From NCBI RefSeq assembly GCF_016903815.1, contig NZ_CP069973.1: a stretch of DNA of 64,000 nt; one strand, 5' to 3'. Positions within the stretch are counted from its first letter, which is position 1, and each line of letters opens with the position of its first letter. The notes beneath the pieces are model-generated. The model ran no database searches. It saw nothing but the letters and a program-made list of their open reading frames with translations, and was not told where the DNA came from. The position numbers were made by a program, and so were the translations under genes. Positions 11,788-26,408 of this stretch are shown piece by piece. This DNA is from Escherichia coli. GTDB lineage: Bacteria; Pseudomonadota; Gammaproteobacteria; Enterobacterales; Enterobacteriaceae.

Positions 11788-12348
11788 TTAATCAGTAAAC
11801 GGAATGACAATTTCGCCTGGCTTCACTTCAATGCCTTTCGCCAGTTTCTTCGCCATTGCTTCGCCCTGGCTGCCATCTTCGCGCAGGACGTAAGCAGGTT
11901 GCTGGTTAAAGTAATTGCGTAATGCCTGGTTCAAATAGGGAAGCAACGTTTGCATCACCGTTTGCATTTTTTCCGGTTGTACCGTCGCATCGACCACTTC
12001 CATCTCTTTCAGGAAGATCGCGCCTTTTTCTTTATCAAACACGGGTAGCGCTTTCAGCTTCAGTTTCATGGTCGCTTTCTGGCTACCGAACAGGGAGTTC
12101 ATGTCCAGATTGGCGTCTCCGGTTAGGGTAACCTTATTCGGCTCTTCGCGACCAATTTGGCTGGTCAGGTTTGTCAGAACAATATGGGCGTCAGCCACGC
12201 CGGGTAAACCGATATCTTTTGAGAAATTATTATGTTTCGCAAGCGACTGGTTAATTTCTTGTTCGGTGATGGTGTATTGGGTGAGTTGATTACAGCCAAC
12301 GAGCAGGCCACTGACGATCAATGCAGCGGCAAATAAAAACTTGTTCAT
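11788..12348 (-). CDS. yceB: Lipoprotein YceB
   Basis: 186-aa protein from MNKFLFAAALIVSGLLVGC (lipobox); the long upstream extension in the ORF track overlaps grxB and is judged spurious. Confidence 0.85.
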   Translation of the reverse strand: MNKFLFAAALIVSGLLVGCNQLTQYTITEQEINQSLAKHNNFSKDIGLPGVADAHIVLTNLTSQIGREEPNKVTLTGDANLDMNSLFGSQKATMKLKLKALPVFDKEKGAIFLKEMEVVDATVQPEKMQTVMQTLLPYLNQALRNYFNQQPAYVLREDGSQGEAMAKKLAKGIEVKPGEIVIPFTD

Positions 12349-12481
12349 GGTAGTCCTCGACATGAAATCTGCGTCAATATCCTGACACAACGCAGCATGT
12401 GTCACCAGCGATAAACGCGCCAGCAGAAAAAACTGAAAACGGCGGCAACCCGCGAATACAGGCTGCCGCGGCGGGTCAGGA

Positions 12482-13129
12482 TTAAATCGCCATTGATGAT
12501 AACAAATTGATTTGTGTCTGTTTCGCCATATTATCGCGGTAATCAGCAACGCGGCTTGGCCAGTTGATTCCGGCTACTAGCGTCAGATTACGCAGGAGCG
12601 GAAATAGCTGAATATCATCTTCCGAAAGTTCGCCATTCACGGCGTTCGGTTTGACGATCAGTTTGTCCAGCGCACGTAAATCATCGCTGATATTCTTAAT
12701 CAGACCGTCAGAGTGGGCCAGCAGGTCGGCAAAATTACCCGCGCTGGCCTCTTTTTTGTCGACGAAATATTTGCGCGCGGCAGGAGTAGAAAACTCATCA
12801 AATGCCGATTTGGCAAAACGCGGCAACAGCAGTTTGTTGGCGTAGCCATTGACCTTGCGCAGCCACTCTTCAATGGCAGGGGAACGTTTGCCGGTCAGTA
12901 ACGGTTTGCCGTCGAGTTTATCGACATAGTGAACGATGTCCATGCTTTCTGGCATATAGCGGCTGTCATCTTTTTGCAGAATGGGAACCTGTTTTTGACC
13001 GACCATCCGGGTGGGTGTTTCTGCGTCGTCGTTGAGCAGAACATGTAATTCGACGGGGATATTTTTCAGGCCGAAAATCATGCGGGCTTTGAGGCAGTAA
13101 GGGCAGTGATCGTAAATGTATAGCTTCAC
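12482..13129 (-). CDS. grxB: Glutaredoxin 2
   Basis: 215-aa protein with CPYC active site (MKLYIYDHCPYCLKARMIFG). Confidence 0.93.
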   Translation of the reverse strand: MKLYIYDHCPYCLKARMIFGLKNIPVELHVLLNDDAETPTRMVGQKQVPILQKDDSRYMPESMDIVHYVDKLDGKPLLTGKRSPAIEEWLRKVNGYANKLLLPRFAKSAFDEFSTPAARKYFVDKKEASAGNFADLLAHSDGLIKNISDDLRALDKLIVKPNAVNGELSEDDIQLFPLLRNLTLVAGINWPSRVADYRDNMAKQTQINLLSSMAI

Positions 13130-13192
13130 GTGACTCCTCCATTTGGCTGTCAGTTCACTTTCAGTATGGAGGAGTCAGGGGGGAGTATCAAA

Positions 13193-14401
13193 TCAGGCGT
13201 CGCGTTCAAGCAAACGACGCGCGGCGCGTTTCTGGCTAAACTGCCAACCCAGCGCAAGGAAAGTGAAGATGCCAATAATGCCCAGCATCATCCATGGAAG
13301 CTCTGGCTGGTGCGCCGATTTGCCCAGGTCAAACAGCCAGCCGCCACCGATATAACCAATAGCGCCGCCAATCGCCAGACCCAGACGGCTAAACCCCATA
13401 TAGCTGCCGCGAGCTCTTGCGTCTGCCAGCGAAGCACTTAAGGTTTCACGCGCAGGCTCGGCAATGATTGACCCGATATAAAACAGACAAATCAGGGTGA
13501 AAAGTTGTTGCAGACCGCTGACCATGCCCACCGGCATCATGCTTAATGACATTATCAACAGCCCAGCCATCAACCGGTGTTCCAGACGAAAATGCTTTTC
13601 ACTCCAGCGGGCGATAGGATAGAGCAACGTTAACGACAGACACGCTTCAATGGCATACATCCATTTAACGGCAGAGGGCGCGCCAGCCACGTCGTTGACC
13701 ATAATTGGCAGCATCAGCATCACTTGTACAGCCAGCATGTAGTAACCCGCCAGCGTCAGGACATAGGTGACAAAACGCTTGTCGCGCATCACGCGGGTCA
13801 TGCCTTCGCGAACGGGCGTGCGTACAGTGGAGAGCTTCCATGCCGGTAACAACCACGCATTGAACGCTGCACACAGCACAAACAAAACTGCCCCTGTGGC
13901 GCAGACCAGGCGAAAGTCGTATTGCAACAGCCAGCTCCCCAACAATGCGCCAATGACCGCACCGGCACTGTCCTGCATCATCAACAGCGAGAAAAAACGA
14001 CCACGCTGCTGTGGACGGATTAATTTCACCACCAGCGCCGAACGCGGCGGATCAAACAACGTGCCGCCGAGTCCCGAAAGCAGGCATGAAAACCACAGTA
14101 GCCACGGTTCGTGGGCGATACCCATTGTGGCGAATCCGGCGGCACGCATCAGCATACCGGTAACAATCATCGGTTTGGCACCAAAGCGGTCGGCAATTGC
14201 TCCGCCGAAAATACCCAGACCTTGCTGAATAAACTGGCGTAGGCCGAGGGCAATACCGACCATTACGGCGGCCCAGCCCATTTGATCAACGAAGCGGATA
14301 GAGATCAGCGGGAAGACAACAAAGAACCCCAGCACGACCAGCATATTATCGATGAGCAGGAAATATTTACCCAGGTTCCTGGCCTGCGACACGCGGGACA
14401 T
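13193..14401 (-). CDS. mdtH: MFS transporter MdtH (YceL)
   Basis: 402-aa membrane protein from [16 protein letters not shown]... Confidence 0.9.
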
Positions 14402-14636
14402 TTCCCCTCCCGGGAAATAAAAGATGAGCACTTTCTATTCTGCATTGCCGCTAAGACTTTTCCCATCACTTCGGGGACAATATTTTTTTATCAAAACGTC
14501 GCTTTGATAGAGAGTTTTTATCAAATATGTGAATAATGCAGAAAATGGCATTCTGGACTTTTCACAGGGTCTGGTTGCGCAGGTATAGTAATACTTACAG
14601 CGTATTAAAGACGTTACGGGAAGGAGTAGGTATAGA

Positions 14637-15879
<1,243 letters not shown>

Positions 15880-15880
15880 A

Positions 15881-16804
15881 GTGAAAAAATTACGTATCGG
15901 CGTAGTGGGGTTAGGCGGCATCGCGCAAAAGGCGTGGTTACCGGTGCTGGCGGCAGCGTCTGACTGGATGTTACAAGGAGCCTGGTCGCCTACGCGCGCG
16001 AAAGCCCTGCCAATTTGTGAAAGCTGGCGCATTCCTTATGCCGATTCGTTATCCAGCCTTGCCGCCAGTTGCGATGCGGTTTTTGTGCATTCCAGCACCG
16101 CCAGCCACTTTGACGTGGTCAGTACGTTACTCAATGCGGGGGTACATGTCTGTGTCGATAAACCGCTGGCAGAAAATCTGCGCGATGCTGAACGGCTGGT
16201 GGAACTTGCGGCGCGGAAAAAACTGACGTTGATGGTCGGTTTTAACCGTCGTTTCGCACCACTCTACGGTGAGTTAAAAACGCAACTCGCCACCGCAGCC
16301 TCGCTAAGAATGGATAAACATCGTAGCAATAGCGTCGGGCCACACGATCTTTATTTCACGTTGCTGGATGATTATCTGCATGTGGTGGATACCGCGCTGT
16401 GGTTGTCGGGCGGTAAAGCCTCTCTGGATGGCGGTACGCTACTGACTAATGACGCTGGCGAAATGCTGTTTGCCGAGCACCATTTTTCGGCCGGTCCTTT
16501 GCAGATCACCACCTGTATGCATCGCCGTGCCGGAAGCCAGCGTGAAACCGTGCAGGCCGTGACTGACGGTGCGCTCATCGACATTACGGATATGCGCGAA
16601 TGGCGTGAGGAGCGTGGGCAGGGTGTAGTGAATAAACCGATTCCTGGTTGGCAGAGTACGCTTGAGCAACGTGGATTTGTCGGCTGTGCGCGGCACTTCA
16701 TTGAATGCGTGCAAAATCAGACAGTTCCGCAAACCGCCGGCGAACAGGCAGTGCTGGCGCAACGTATCGTTGACAAGATCTGGCGCGATGCGATGAGTGA
16801 ATAA
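15881..16804 (+). CDS. yceM: Gfo/Idh/MocA-family oxidoreductase YceM (MviM)
   Basis: 307-aa protein from a GTG start (VKKLRIGVVGLGGIAQKAWLP), Rossmann motif; start chosen just after the yceH stop. Confidence 0.85.
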   Translation: MKKLRIGVVGLGGIAQKAWLPVLAAASDWMLQGAWSPTRAKALPICESWRIPYADSLSSLAASCDAVFVHSSTASHFDVVSTLLNAGVHVCVDKPLAENLRDAERLVELAARKKLTLMVGFNRRFAPLYGELKTQLATAASLRMDKHRSNSVGPHDLYFTLLDDYLHVVDTALWLSGGKASLDGGTLLTNDAGEMLFAEHHFSAGPLQITTCMHRRAGSQRETVQAVTDGALIDITDMREWREERGQGVVNKPIPGWQSTLEQRGFVGCARHFIECVQNQTVPQTAGEQAVLAQRIVDKIWRDAMSE

Positions 16805-16826
16805 ACCCTGTAACATCTGGCGGTAG

Positions 16827-18449
<1,623 letters not shown>

Positions 18450-18488
18450 CAATGCATTCCGGCCTGCAGTGCAGGCCGGAGATAATCT

Positions 18489-18905
18489 TCAGATCGAAAT
18501 CTTTTTACCGCCGCGATGGGTTGTTGAGGTCTGACCGTTCGCTCCATATAGCGTCGGTTCCTGATGCGGTTTCAACATTTCCAGCGCCTGTTGATTGCGC
18601 TCAATCTGTCCTTCCAGTAACCAGCCGTTATGTTGATTCATTTGGCGTAGTTGCTGCGTTTTCACAGTAATTTCCTGCCAGCGTTGACTAATATCAACGC
18701 TATTTGCTGCATTGGGTTCTTTCCTGCGTAACTGTTCGAGGTAATCCAGCGTCGCCAGCAGAGAGCTTTTTTGTTCTGTAATCCATTGCAACTGACTGCC
18801 GTTGATCTGCCCCATAGAGAGATGTTGCTGCTCTTGATCCATTACCGTTTTGAGATCGTTAAGCACAGCGGACATCTGGTCGAGGATCTCTGCAAGACGC
18901 GTCAT
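18489..18905 (-). CDS. flgN: Flagellar export chaperone FlgN
   Basis: 138-aa protein matching FlgN; co-oriented directly downstream of flgM. Confidence 0.92.
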   Translation of the reverse strand: MTRLAEILDQMSAVLNDLKTVMDQEQQHLSMGQINGSQLQWITEQKSSLLATLDYLEQLRRKEPNAANSVDISQRWQEITVKTQQLRQMNQHNGWLLEGQIERNQQALEMLKPHQEPTLYGANGQTSTTHRGGKKISI

Positions 18906-18909
18906 ACGA

Positions 18910-19203
18910 TCAGTTACTCTGCAAGTCTTGCTGCGCTTCGTTGATCAGCGCATCGGCAATTTTGCCGGTGTCCATTTTTAGTTCACCGTTACGAATCGCC
19001 AGTTTTAACGCTTCGACACGTTCAAGATTGATATCACTGCTGCCGGGTTGCATCAGTTTTGCTTGCGCGTCGCTTAACGTCACACTGGTGCTGGTGGAGG
19101 CGGTTGTTTTTGCCGCCCGGGTGTTCGTTACCGGCGCGTCAGTGGTTTCGCGCGGTTGAACGGTGCTTACGGGCTTCAGAGGCGAAGTGCGATCAATACT
19201 CAT
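18910..19203 (-). CDS. flgM: Anti-sigma-28 factor FlgM
   Basis: 97-aa protein [25 protein letters not shown]... Confidence 0.93.
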   Translation of the reverse strand: MSIDRTSPLKPVSTVQPRETTDAPVTNTRAAKTTASTSTSVTLSDAQAKLMQPGSSDINLERVEALKLAIRNGELKMDTGKIADALINEAQQDLQSN

Positions 19204-19246
19204 TGTTTATTCCTCATTGAGGGCGCTTTTATCATGTGTTGCTTAT

Positions 19247-19273
19247 TTATCGGCAAGGGACGGGTAATCTTTA
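19247..19273 (-). promoter_or_regulatory. Sigma-28 (FliA) class 3 promoter of flgMN
   Basis: Minus strand reads TAAAGATT-N11-GCCGATAA, against consensus TAAAGTTT-N11-GCCGATAA, just downstream of the flgA stop. Confidence 0.8.
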
Positions 19274-19278
19274 ACAGC

Positions 19279-19938
19279 TTACAGGTTTATAAGAATATTC
19301 CCATCTGCATCAACAACGCCGCTGACCACCTGTCCCGATACCATGCGCACCCGCGCATTCTGTGCGACGGCAGCATTGTTCAGCGCCTGACCTTCTGCGT
19401 TGGCGCTAAACCCATCACCGCTGGCGATCACGTTGACGCGTTGTCCCGCTTTTACCCGCCATGCCTGGCGAAACTGGGTTAACTGGATAGGTTGATCGGG
19501 TGATAGATCGCGCAGGCTAACGGCATCAACAAGTTGATTGATATCCAGCACCGTACGCGGTGGCAAGGTGTCCAGCCGTCCGCGTTTCAGTTTGACATTG
19601 CCAGCTTCCAGCTTTCCTCCCCGCACAATGGGCATTGCGGCAACCACATAATTTCCTGTGGCCTGCACATTAACCTGTAAATATCGTTTGTCGTTACCGC
19701 AGCGTGCCAACACATTCACATTGCCCCACAGGCGGGAATTATTGCTCATCGAAAGCAATGGCTGCTCGCACGGCGGTAGTAGATTGGGCGCTGTACGAAT
19801 AGAAACACGAACCTCATCACTTACCCCCGCGAGCTGGGCGCTAAAAAAGGTGTGCAATTGCGATGTGAGATTGCTCGCCGCACTTAACGGACTGAACAGT
19901 ATCGCGATGATTGCCACGCTACGTTTTATTGCCAGCAT
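19279..19938 (-). CDS. flgA: Flagellar P-ring assembly chaperone FlgA
   Basis: 219-aa protein with signal peptide, matching FlgA. Confidence 0.93.
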   Translation of the reverse strand: MLAIKRSVAIIAILFSPLSAASNLTSQLHTFFSAQLAGVSDEVRVSIRTAPNLLPPCEQPLLSMSNNSRLWGNVNVLARCGNDKRYLQVNVQATGNYVVAAMPIVRGGKLEAGNVKLKRGRLDTLPPRTVLDINQLVDAVSLRDLSPDQPIQLTQFRQAWRVKAGQRVNVIASGDGFSANAEGQALNNAAVAQNARVRMVSGQVVSGVVDADGNILINL

Positions 19939-20092
19939 TTTCGCCCCCTGCCATTTCTACAACGTGAATTGTACCTGTCCGCAATGACCATCAACGGCAT
20001 AAATAGCGACCCATTTTGCGTTTATTCCGCCGATAACGCGCGCGTAAAGGCATTTAAGCTGATGGCAGAATTTTGATACCTGCGGAGGAGAT
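19939..20092. promoter_or_regulatory. Divergent flgA / flgB class 2 (FlhDC-dependent) promoter region
   Basis: 154-bp divergent intergenic region between flgA and flgB; individual FlhD4C2 sites not resolved by eye. Confidence 0.5.
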
Positions 20093-20509
20093 ATGCTCGA
20101 TAAGCTCGACGCCGCCTTACGTTTTCAACAAGAGGCGCTCAATCTGCGCGCCCAGCGTCAGGAAGTGCTGGCAGCAAACATCGCCAATGCCGATACCCCT
20201 GGTTATCAGGCGCGCGATATCGATTTTGCCAGTGAACTTAAAAAAGTCATGCAACGTGGACGGGATGCAACAAGCGTGGTTGCACTGACGATGACCTCAA
20301 CGCAACACATTCCGGCGCAGGCGCTGACGCCTCCTACCGCAGAACTGCAATACCGTATTCCGGACCAGCCTTCGCTTGACGGTAATACCGTCGATATGGA
20401 TCGCGAACGTACCCAGTTTGCCGATAACAGCCTGCAATACCAGATGAGCCTTAGCGCGTTGAGCGGGCAAATCAAAGGCATGATGAACGTTTTACAGAGC
20501 GGAAATTAA
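20093..20509 (+). CDS. flgB: Flagellar basal-body rod protein FlgB
   Basis: 138-aa protein matching FlgB. Confidence 0.95.
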
Positions 20510-20512
20510 CGG

Positions 20513-20917
20513 ATGGCACTGCTGAATATTTTTGATATCGCCGGGTCGGCGTTAACTGCCCAGTCCCAGCGCCTGAACGTGGCGGCCAGTAATCTGGCGA
20601 ATGCTGATAGCGTGACCGGTCCCGATGGACAGCCATATCGGGCAAAACAGGTGGTATTTCAGGTTAACGCTGCACCAGGTGCTGCGACAGGCGGCGTAAA
20701 GGTTGCCGATGTTATAGAAAGTCAGGCCCCGGACAAACTGGTTTATGAACCGGGTAATCCGCTGGCGGATGCAAAGGGCTACGTGAAAATGCCAAACGTT
20801 GATGTCGTCGGGGAGATGGTTAACACCATGTCGGCGTCACGCAGCTATCAGGCCAATGTTGAAGTGCTCAACACGGTGAAAAGCATGATGCTGAAAACCC
20901 TTACGCTCGGTCAATAA
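20513..20917 (+). CDS. flgC: Flagellar basal-body rod protein FlgC
   Basis: 134-aa protein matching FlgC. Confidence 0.95.
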
Positions 20918-20928
20918 AGGAGAAAGCT

Positions 20929-21624
20929 ATGTCCATTGCGGTAACCACCACCGATCCGACAAATACCGGCGTCAGCACCACCAGTAGTAGTTCGCTCACG
21001 GGCAGCAACGCCGCAGATTTACAAAGCAGTTTTCTGACTTTGTTGGTGGCGCAGCTGAAAAACCAGGACCCGACCAATCCAATGGAAAACAACGAGCTGA
21101 CGTCGCAATTGGCTCAAATCAGCACGGTCAGCGGGATTGAAAAACTCAATACCACGCTCGGATCTATTTCCGGACAGATTGATAACAGCCAGTCGTTACA
21201 GGCCAGTAACCTGATCGGTCACGGCGTGATGATCCCCGGCACCACTGTTCTTGCGGGAACCGGTAGTGAAGAAGGGGCTGTGACCACGACCACGCCGTTT
21301 GGTGTTGAGCTGCAACAGGCGGCAGACAAAGTTACGGCCACCATCACCGATAAAAACGGTGCGGTTGTCCGTACCATTGATATCGGTGAACTGACTGCCG
21401 GAGTCCACAGTTTCACCTGGGACGGTACGTTGACTGACGGCAGCACTGCGCCGAACGGTTCTTACAATGTAGCGATTAGCGCCAGTAACGGTGGTACACA
21501 ACTGGTTGCCCAGCCGCTGCAGTTTGCTCTGGTGCAGGGTGTGATCCGCGGCAACAACGGTAATACGCTGGATCTCGGCACTTACGGCACCACCACCCTC
21601 GACGAAGTACGGCAGATAATTTAA
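20929..21624 (+). CDS. flgD: Flagellar hook capping protein FlgD
   Basis: 231-aa protein matching FlgD. Confidence 0.95.
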   Translation: MSIAVTTTDPTNTGVSTTSSSSLTGSNAADLQSSFLTLLVAQLKNQDPTNPMENNELTSQLAQISTVSGIEKLNTTLGSISGQIDNSQSLQASNLIGHGVMIPGTTVLAGTGSEEGAVTTTTPFGVELQQAADKVTATITDKNGAVVRTIDIGELTAGVHSFTWDGTLTDGSTAPNGSYNVAISASNGGTQLVAQPLQFALVQGVIRGNNGNTLDLGTYGTTTLDEVRQII

Positions 21625-21648
21625 GCCTTCACATTTCAGGAGTCAGTC

Positions 21649-22854
21649 ATGGCCTTTTCTCAAGCGGTTAGCGGATTAAACGCTGCCGCCACCAACCTCG
21701 ATGTTATTGGCAACAATATCGCCAACTCCGCCACCTACGGCTTTAAATCAGGCACGGCCTCTTTTGCCGATATGTTTGCCGGTTCGAAAGTGGGACTGGG
21801 GGTAAAAGTTGCCGGTATCACCCAGGACTTTACCGATGGCACGACCACCAACACCGGGCGTGGTCTGGACGTTGCTATCAGCCAGAACGGTTTTTTCCGT
21901 CTGGTGGACAGCAACGGTTCGGTGTTCTACAGCCGTAACGGACAATTTAAGCTGGATGAAAACCGTAACCTGGTGAATATGCAAGGTTTACAGTTGACGG
22001 GTTACCCGGCAACCGGTACGCCGCCGACTATTCAGCAAGGGGCGAATCCGACCAATATTTCGATTCCGAATACCCTGATGGCAGCGAAAACTACCACCAC
22101 GGCGTCGATGCAGATCAACCTGAATTCCAGTGATCCGCTTCCCTCTGTTAACGCATTTGATGCCAGCAATGCGGATAGCTATAACAAAAAAGGTTCGGTG
22201 ACTGTTTTCGATAGTCAGGGTAATGCTCATGACATGAGCGTCTACTTTGTGAAGACCGGGGATAATAACTGGCAGGTCTACACCCAGGATAGTAGTGATC
22301 CAAACAGCATTGCGAAGACAGCGACAACACTGGTGTTTAATGCCAATGGCGTTCTGACCTCAGATCCAACAGCGAATATTTCCACTGGCGCAATTAACGG
22401 CGCAGTTCCCGCCACGTTTAGCCTGAGCTTCCTCAACTCCATGCAGCAAAATACCGGCGCTAACAACATTGTGGCAACCACCCAGAACGGCTACAAACCG
22501 GGCGATCTGGTGAGCTATCAAATCAATGATGACGGTACGGTTGTCGGCAACTATTCCAACGAACAAACCCAACTGCTGGGGCAGATTGTACTGGCGAACT
22601 TTGCCAACAACGAAGGTCTGGCATCCGAAGGCGACAACGTCTGGTCTGCGACGCAATCTTCTGGCGTGGCGCTGTTGGGGACAGCCGGGACGGGCAACTT
22701 TGGCACCCTGACCAACGGTGCGCTGGAAGCGTCCAACGTCGATCTCAGTAAAGAACTGGTCAATATGATCGTTGCCCAGCGTAACTATCAGTCTAACGCC
22801 CAGACCATCAAAACCCAGGACCAGATCCTCAACACGCTGGTTAACTTACGCTAA
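21649..22854 (+). CDS. flgE: Flagellar hook protein FlgE
   Basis: 401-aa protein with conserved rod/hook N- and C-terminal segments. Confidence 0.95.
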   Translation: MAFSQAVSGLNAAATNLDVIGNNIANSATYGFKSGTASFADMFAGSKVGLGVKVAGITQDFTDGTTTNTGRGLDVAISQNGFFRLVDSNGSVFYSRNGQFKLDENRNLVNMQGLQLTGYPATGTPPTIQQGANPTNISIPNTLMAAKTTTTASMQINLNSSDPLPSVNAFDASNADSYNKKGSVTVFDSQGNAHDMSVYFVKTGDNNWQVYTQDSSDPNSIAKTATTLVFNANGVLTSDPTANISTGAINGAVPATFSLSFLNSMQQNTGANNIVATTQNGYKPGDLVSYQINDDGTVVGNYSNEQTQLLGQIVLANFANNEGLASEGDNVWSATQSSGVALLGTAGTGNFGTLTNGALEASNVDLSKELVNMIVAQRNYQSNAQTIKTQDQILNTLVNLR

Positions 22855-22873
22855 TCGCTGACGGGATAGCTCA

Positions 22874-23629
22874 ATGGATCACGCAATTTATACCGCGATG
22901 GGAGCAGCCAGCCAGACGCTGAATCAACAGGCGGTAACTGCCAGTAATCTGGCCAATGCCTCAACGCCCGGTTTTCGCGCGCAGTTAAACGCCTTGCGCG
23001 CAGTGCCGGTGGAAGGGCTTTCACTGCCCACGCGCACGCTGGTAACGGCGTCAACGCCGGGTGCAGACATGACGCCCGGCAAGATGGATTACACCTCGCG
23101 CCCGCTGGACGTTGCGTTGCAGCAGGATGGCTGGCTGGCCGTGCAGACCGCTGACGGTAGCGAAGGGTATACGCGTAATGGCAGCATTCAGGTTGATCCC
23201 ACCGGGCAACTGACAATTCAGGGACATCCGGTGATAGGCGAGGCTGGGCCAATTGCTGTGCCGGAAGGGGCGGAAATCACTATTGCTGCCGACGGCACAA
23301 TCTCGGCGCTGAATCCGGGCGATCCGGCAAATACGGTTGCGCCAGTGGGGCGTCTGAAACTGGTGAAAGCCACGGGCAGCGAAGTCCAGCGCGGTGACGA
23401 CGGCATTTTTCGTTTAAGCGCAGAAAGCCAGACCACGCGTGGGCCGGTACTGCAGGCAGATCCAACCTTGCGTGTGATGTCGGGGGTTCTGGAGGGCAGT
23501 AACGTCAATGCCGTTGCGGCAATGAGCGACATGATTGCCAGCGCGCGGCGTTTTGAAATGCAGATGAAGGTGATCAGCAGCGTCGATGATAACGCAGGCC
23601 GTGCCAACCAACTGCTGTCGATGAGTTAA
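22874..23629 (+). CDS. flgF: Flagellar basal-body rod protein FlgF
   Basis: 251-aa protein matching FlgF. Confidence 0.95.
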   Translation: MDHAIYTAMGAASQTLNQQAVTASNLANASTPGFRAQLNALRAVPVEGLSLPTRTLVTASTPGADMTPGKMDYTSRPLDVALQQDGWLAVQTADGSEGYTRNGSIQVDPTGQLTIQGHPVIGEAGPIAVPEGAEITIAADGTISALNPGDPANTVAPVGRLKLVKATGSEVQRGDDGIFRLSAESQTTRGPVLQADPTLRVMSGVLEGSNVNAVAAMSDMIASARRFEMQMKVISSVDDNAGRANQLLSMS

Positions 23630-23747
23630 TTAAACGATTGATGACATTGCAATAAAAGCGCGCGGACTATTCTCTCGCCCATTTTGGGAGAGGTTAGGGT
23701 GAGGGGAAATGCGCACCGTCGCGTGCTTCTGCTCTGCTTGTCACTAA

Positions 23748-24548
<801 letters not shown>

Positions 24549-24600
24549 GGCATAACCGGTGGCAGATTCACCGGTTTACTGATTTTTGAAGATGATAGCC

Positions 24601-25299
24601 ATGCAAAAAAACGCTGCGCATACTTATGCCATTTCCAGCTTGTTGGTGCTTTCACTAACCGGCTGCGCCTGGATACCCTCCACGCCGCTGGTACAGGGGG
24701 CGACCAGTGCACAACCGGTTCCCGGTCCGACGCCCGTCGCCAACGGTTCTATTTTCCAGTCTGCTCAGCCGATTAACTATGGCTATCAACCGTTGTTTGA
24801 AGATCGTCGACCACGCAATATTGGCGATACGCTGACCATCGTGTTGCAGGAGAACGTCAGCGCCAGCAAAAGCTCCTCTGCGAATGCCAGCCGTGACGGT
24901 AAAACTAATTTTGGCTTTGATACTGTGCCGCGCTATTTGCAGGGGCTGTTTGGTAACGCTCGTGCCGATGTCGAAGCCTCCGGTGGTAACACGTTCAACG
25001 GAAAGGGCGGGGCCAATGCCAGCAATACCTTTAGCGGCACGTTGACGGTGACGGTTGACCAGGTACTGGTCAACGGCAACCTGCATGTGGTGGGTGAAAA
25101 ACAGATCGCCATTAATCAGGGTACCGAATTTATTCGCTTCTCTGGTGTAGTTAATCCTCGCACCATCAGCGGCAGCAATACCGTACCGTCTACTCAGGTG
25201 GCGGATGCGCGCATTGAATACGTAGGCAATGGCTACATTAACGAAGCGCAAAATATGGGCTGGTTGCAGCGTTTCTTCCTCAACCTGTCACCAATGTAA
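24601..25299 (+). CDS. flgH: Flagellar L-ring lipoprotein FlgH
   Basis: 232-aa protein from [22 protein letters not shown] (lipobox); start trimmed from the ORF-track start. Confidence 0.93.
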
Positions 25300-25310
25300 G
25301 TGAGGCTGTG

Positions 25311-26408
25311 GTGATTAAATTTCTCTCTGCATTAATTCTTTTACTGGTTACCACGGCGGCTCAGGCTGAGCGTATTCGCGATCTCACCAGTGTTCAGGGG
25401 GTAAGGCAAAACTCACTGATTGGCTATGGCCTGGTGGTGGGGCTTGATGGTACAGGTGACCAGACAACTCAGACGCCGTTTACCACACAAACGCTTAATA
25501 ACATGCTCTCACAGCTGGGAATTACCGTTCCGACGGGCACTAATATGCAGCTAAAAAACGTCGCTGCGGTTATGGTGACAGCGTCACTTCCACCGTTTGG
25601 ACGTCAGGGGCAAACCATTGACGTGGTGGTTTCTTCCATGGGAAATGCCAAAAGTCTGCGTGGCGGTACGTTATTGATGACACCGCTTAAGGGCGTTGAC
25701 AGTCAGGTGTATGCGCTGGCGCAGGGCAATATTCTGGTTGGCGGCGCAGGGGCCTCCGCTGGCGGTAGCAGTGTTCAGGTGAACCAACTGAACGGTGGAC
25801 GGATCACCAATGGTGCGGTTATTGAACGTGAATTGCCCAGCCAGTTTGGCGTCGGGAATACCCTTAATTTGCAACTTAACGACGAAGATTTCAGTATGGC
25901 GCAGCAAATCGCTGACACCATCAACCGTGTGCGTGGATATGGCAGCGCCACCGCGTTAGATGCGCGGACTATTCAGGTGCGCGTACCGAGTGGCAACAGT
26001 TCCCAGGTCCGTTTCCTTGCCGATATCCAGAATATGCAGGTTAATGTCACCCCGCAGGACGCTAAAGTAGTGATTAACTCGCGCACTGGTTCGGTGGTGA
26101 TGAATCGCGAAGTGACCCTCGACAGCTGCGCGGTAGCGCAGGGGAATCTCTCAGTAACAGTTAATCGTCAGGCCAATGTCAGCCAGCCAGATACACCGTT
26201 TGGTGGTGGGCAGACTGTGGTTACTCCACAAACGCAGATCGATTTACGCCAGAGCGGCGGTTCGCTGCAAAGCGTACGTTCCAGCGCCAGCCTCAATAAC
26301 GTGGTGCGTGCGCTCAATGCGCTGGGCGCTACGCCGATGGATCTGATGTCCATACTGCAATCAATGCAAAGTGCGGGATGTCTGCGGGCAAAACTGGAAA
26401 TCATCTGA
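25311..26408 (+). CDS. flgI: Flagellar P-ring protein FlgI
   Basis: 365-aa protein from a GTG start ([19 protein letters not shown] signal peptide). Confidence 0.93.

Noticed and set aside
11788-12549. 253-aa version of yceB in the ORF track
   Set aside because: The N-terminal extension runs into grxB on the same strand; the lipoprotein signal peptide and lipobox begin at the internal Met (12348).
19939-20092. Individual FlhD4C2 binding sites in the flgA-flgB divergent region
   Set aside because: The consensus is degenerate and I could not place the half-sites reliably without a matrix scan; only the region as a whole is annotated.
24655-25251. 198-aa minus-strand ORF
   Set aside because: Antisense to flgH; spurious.
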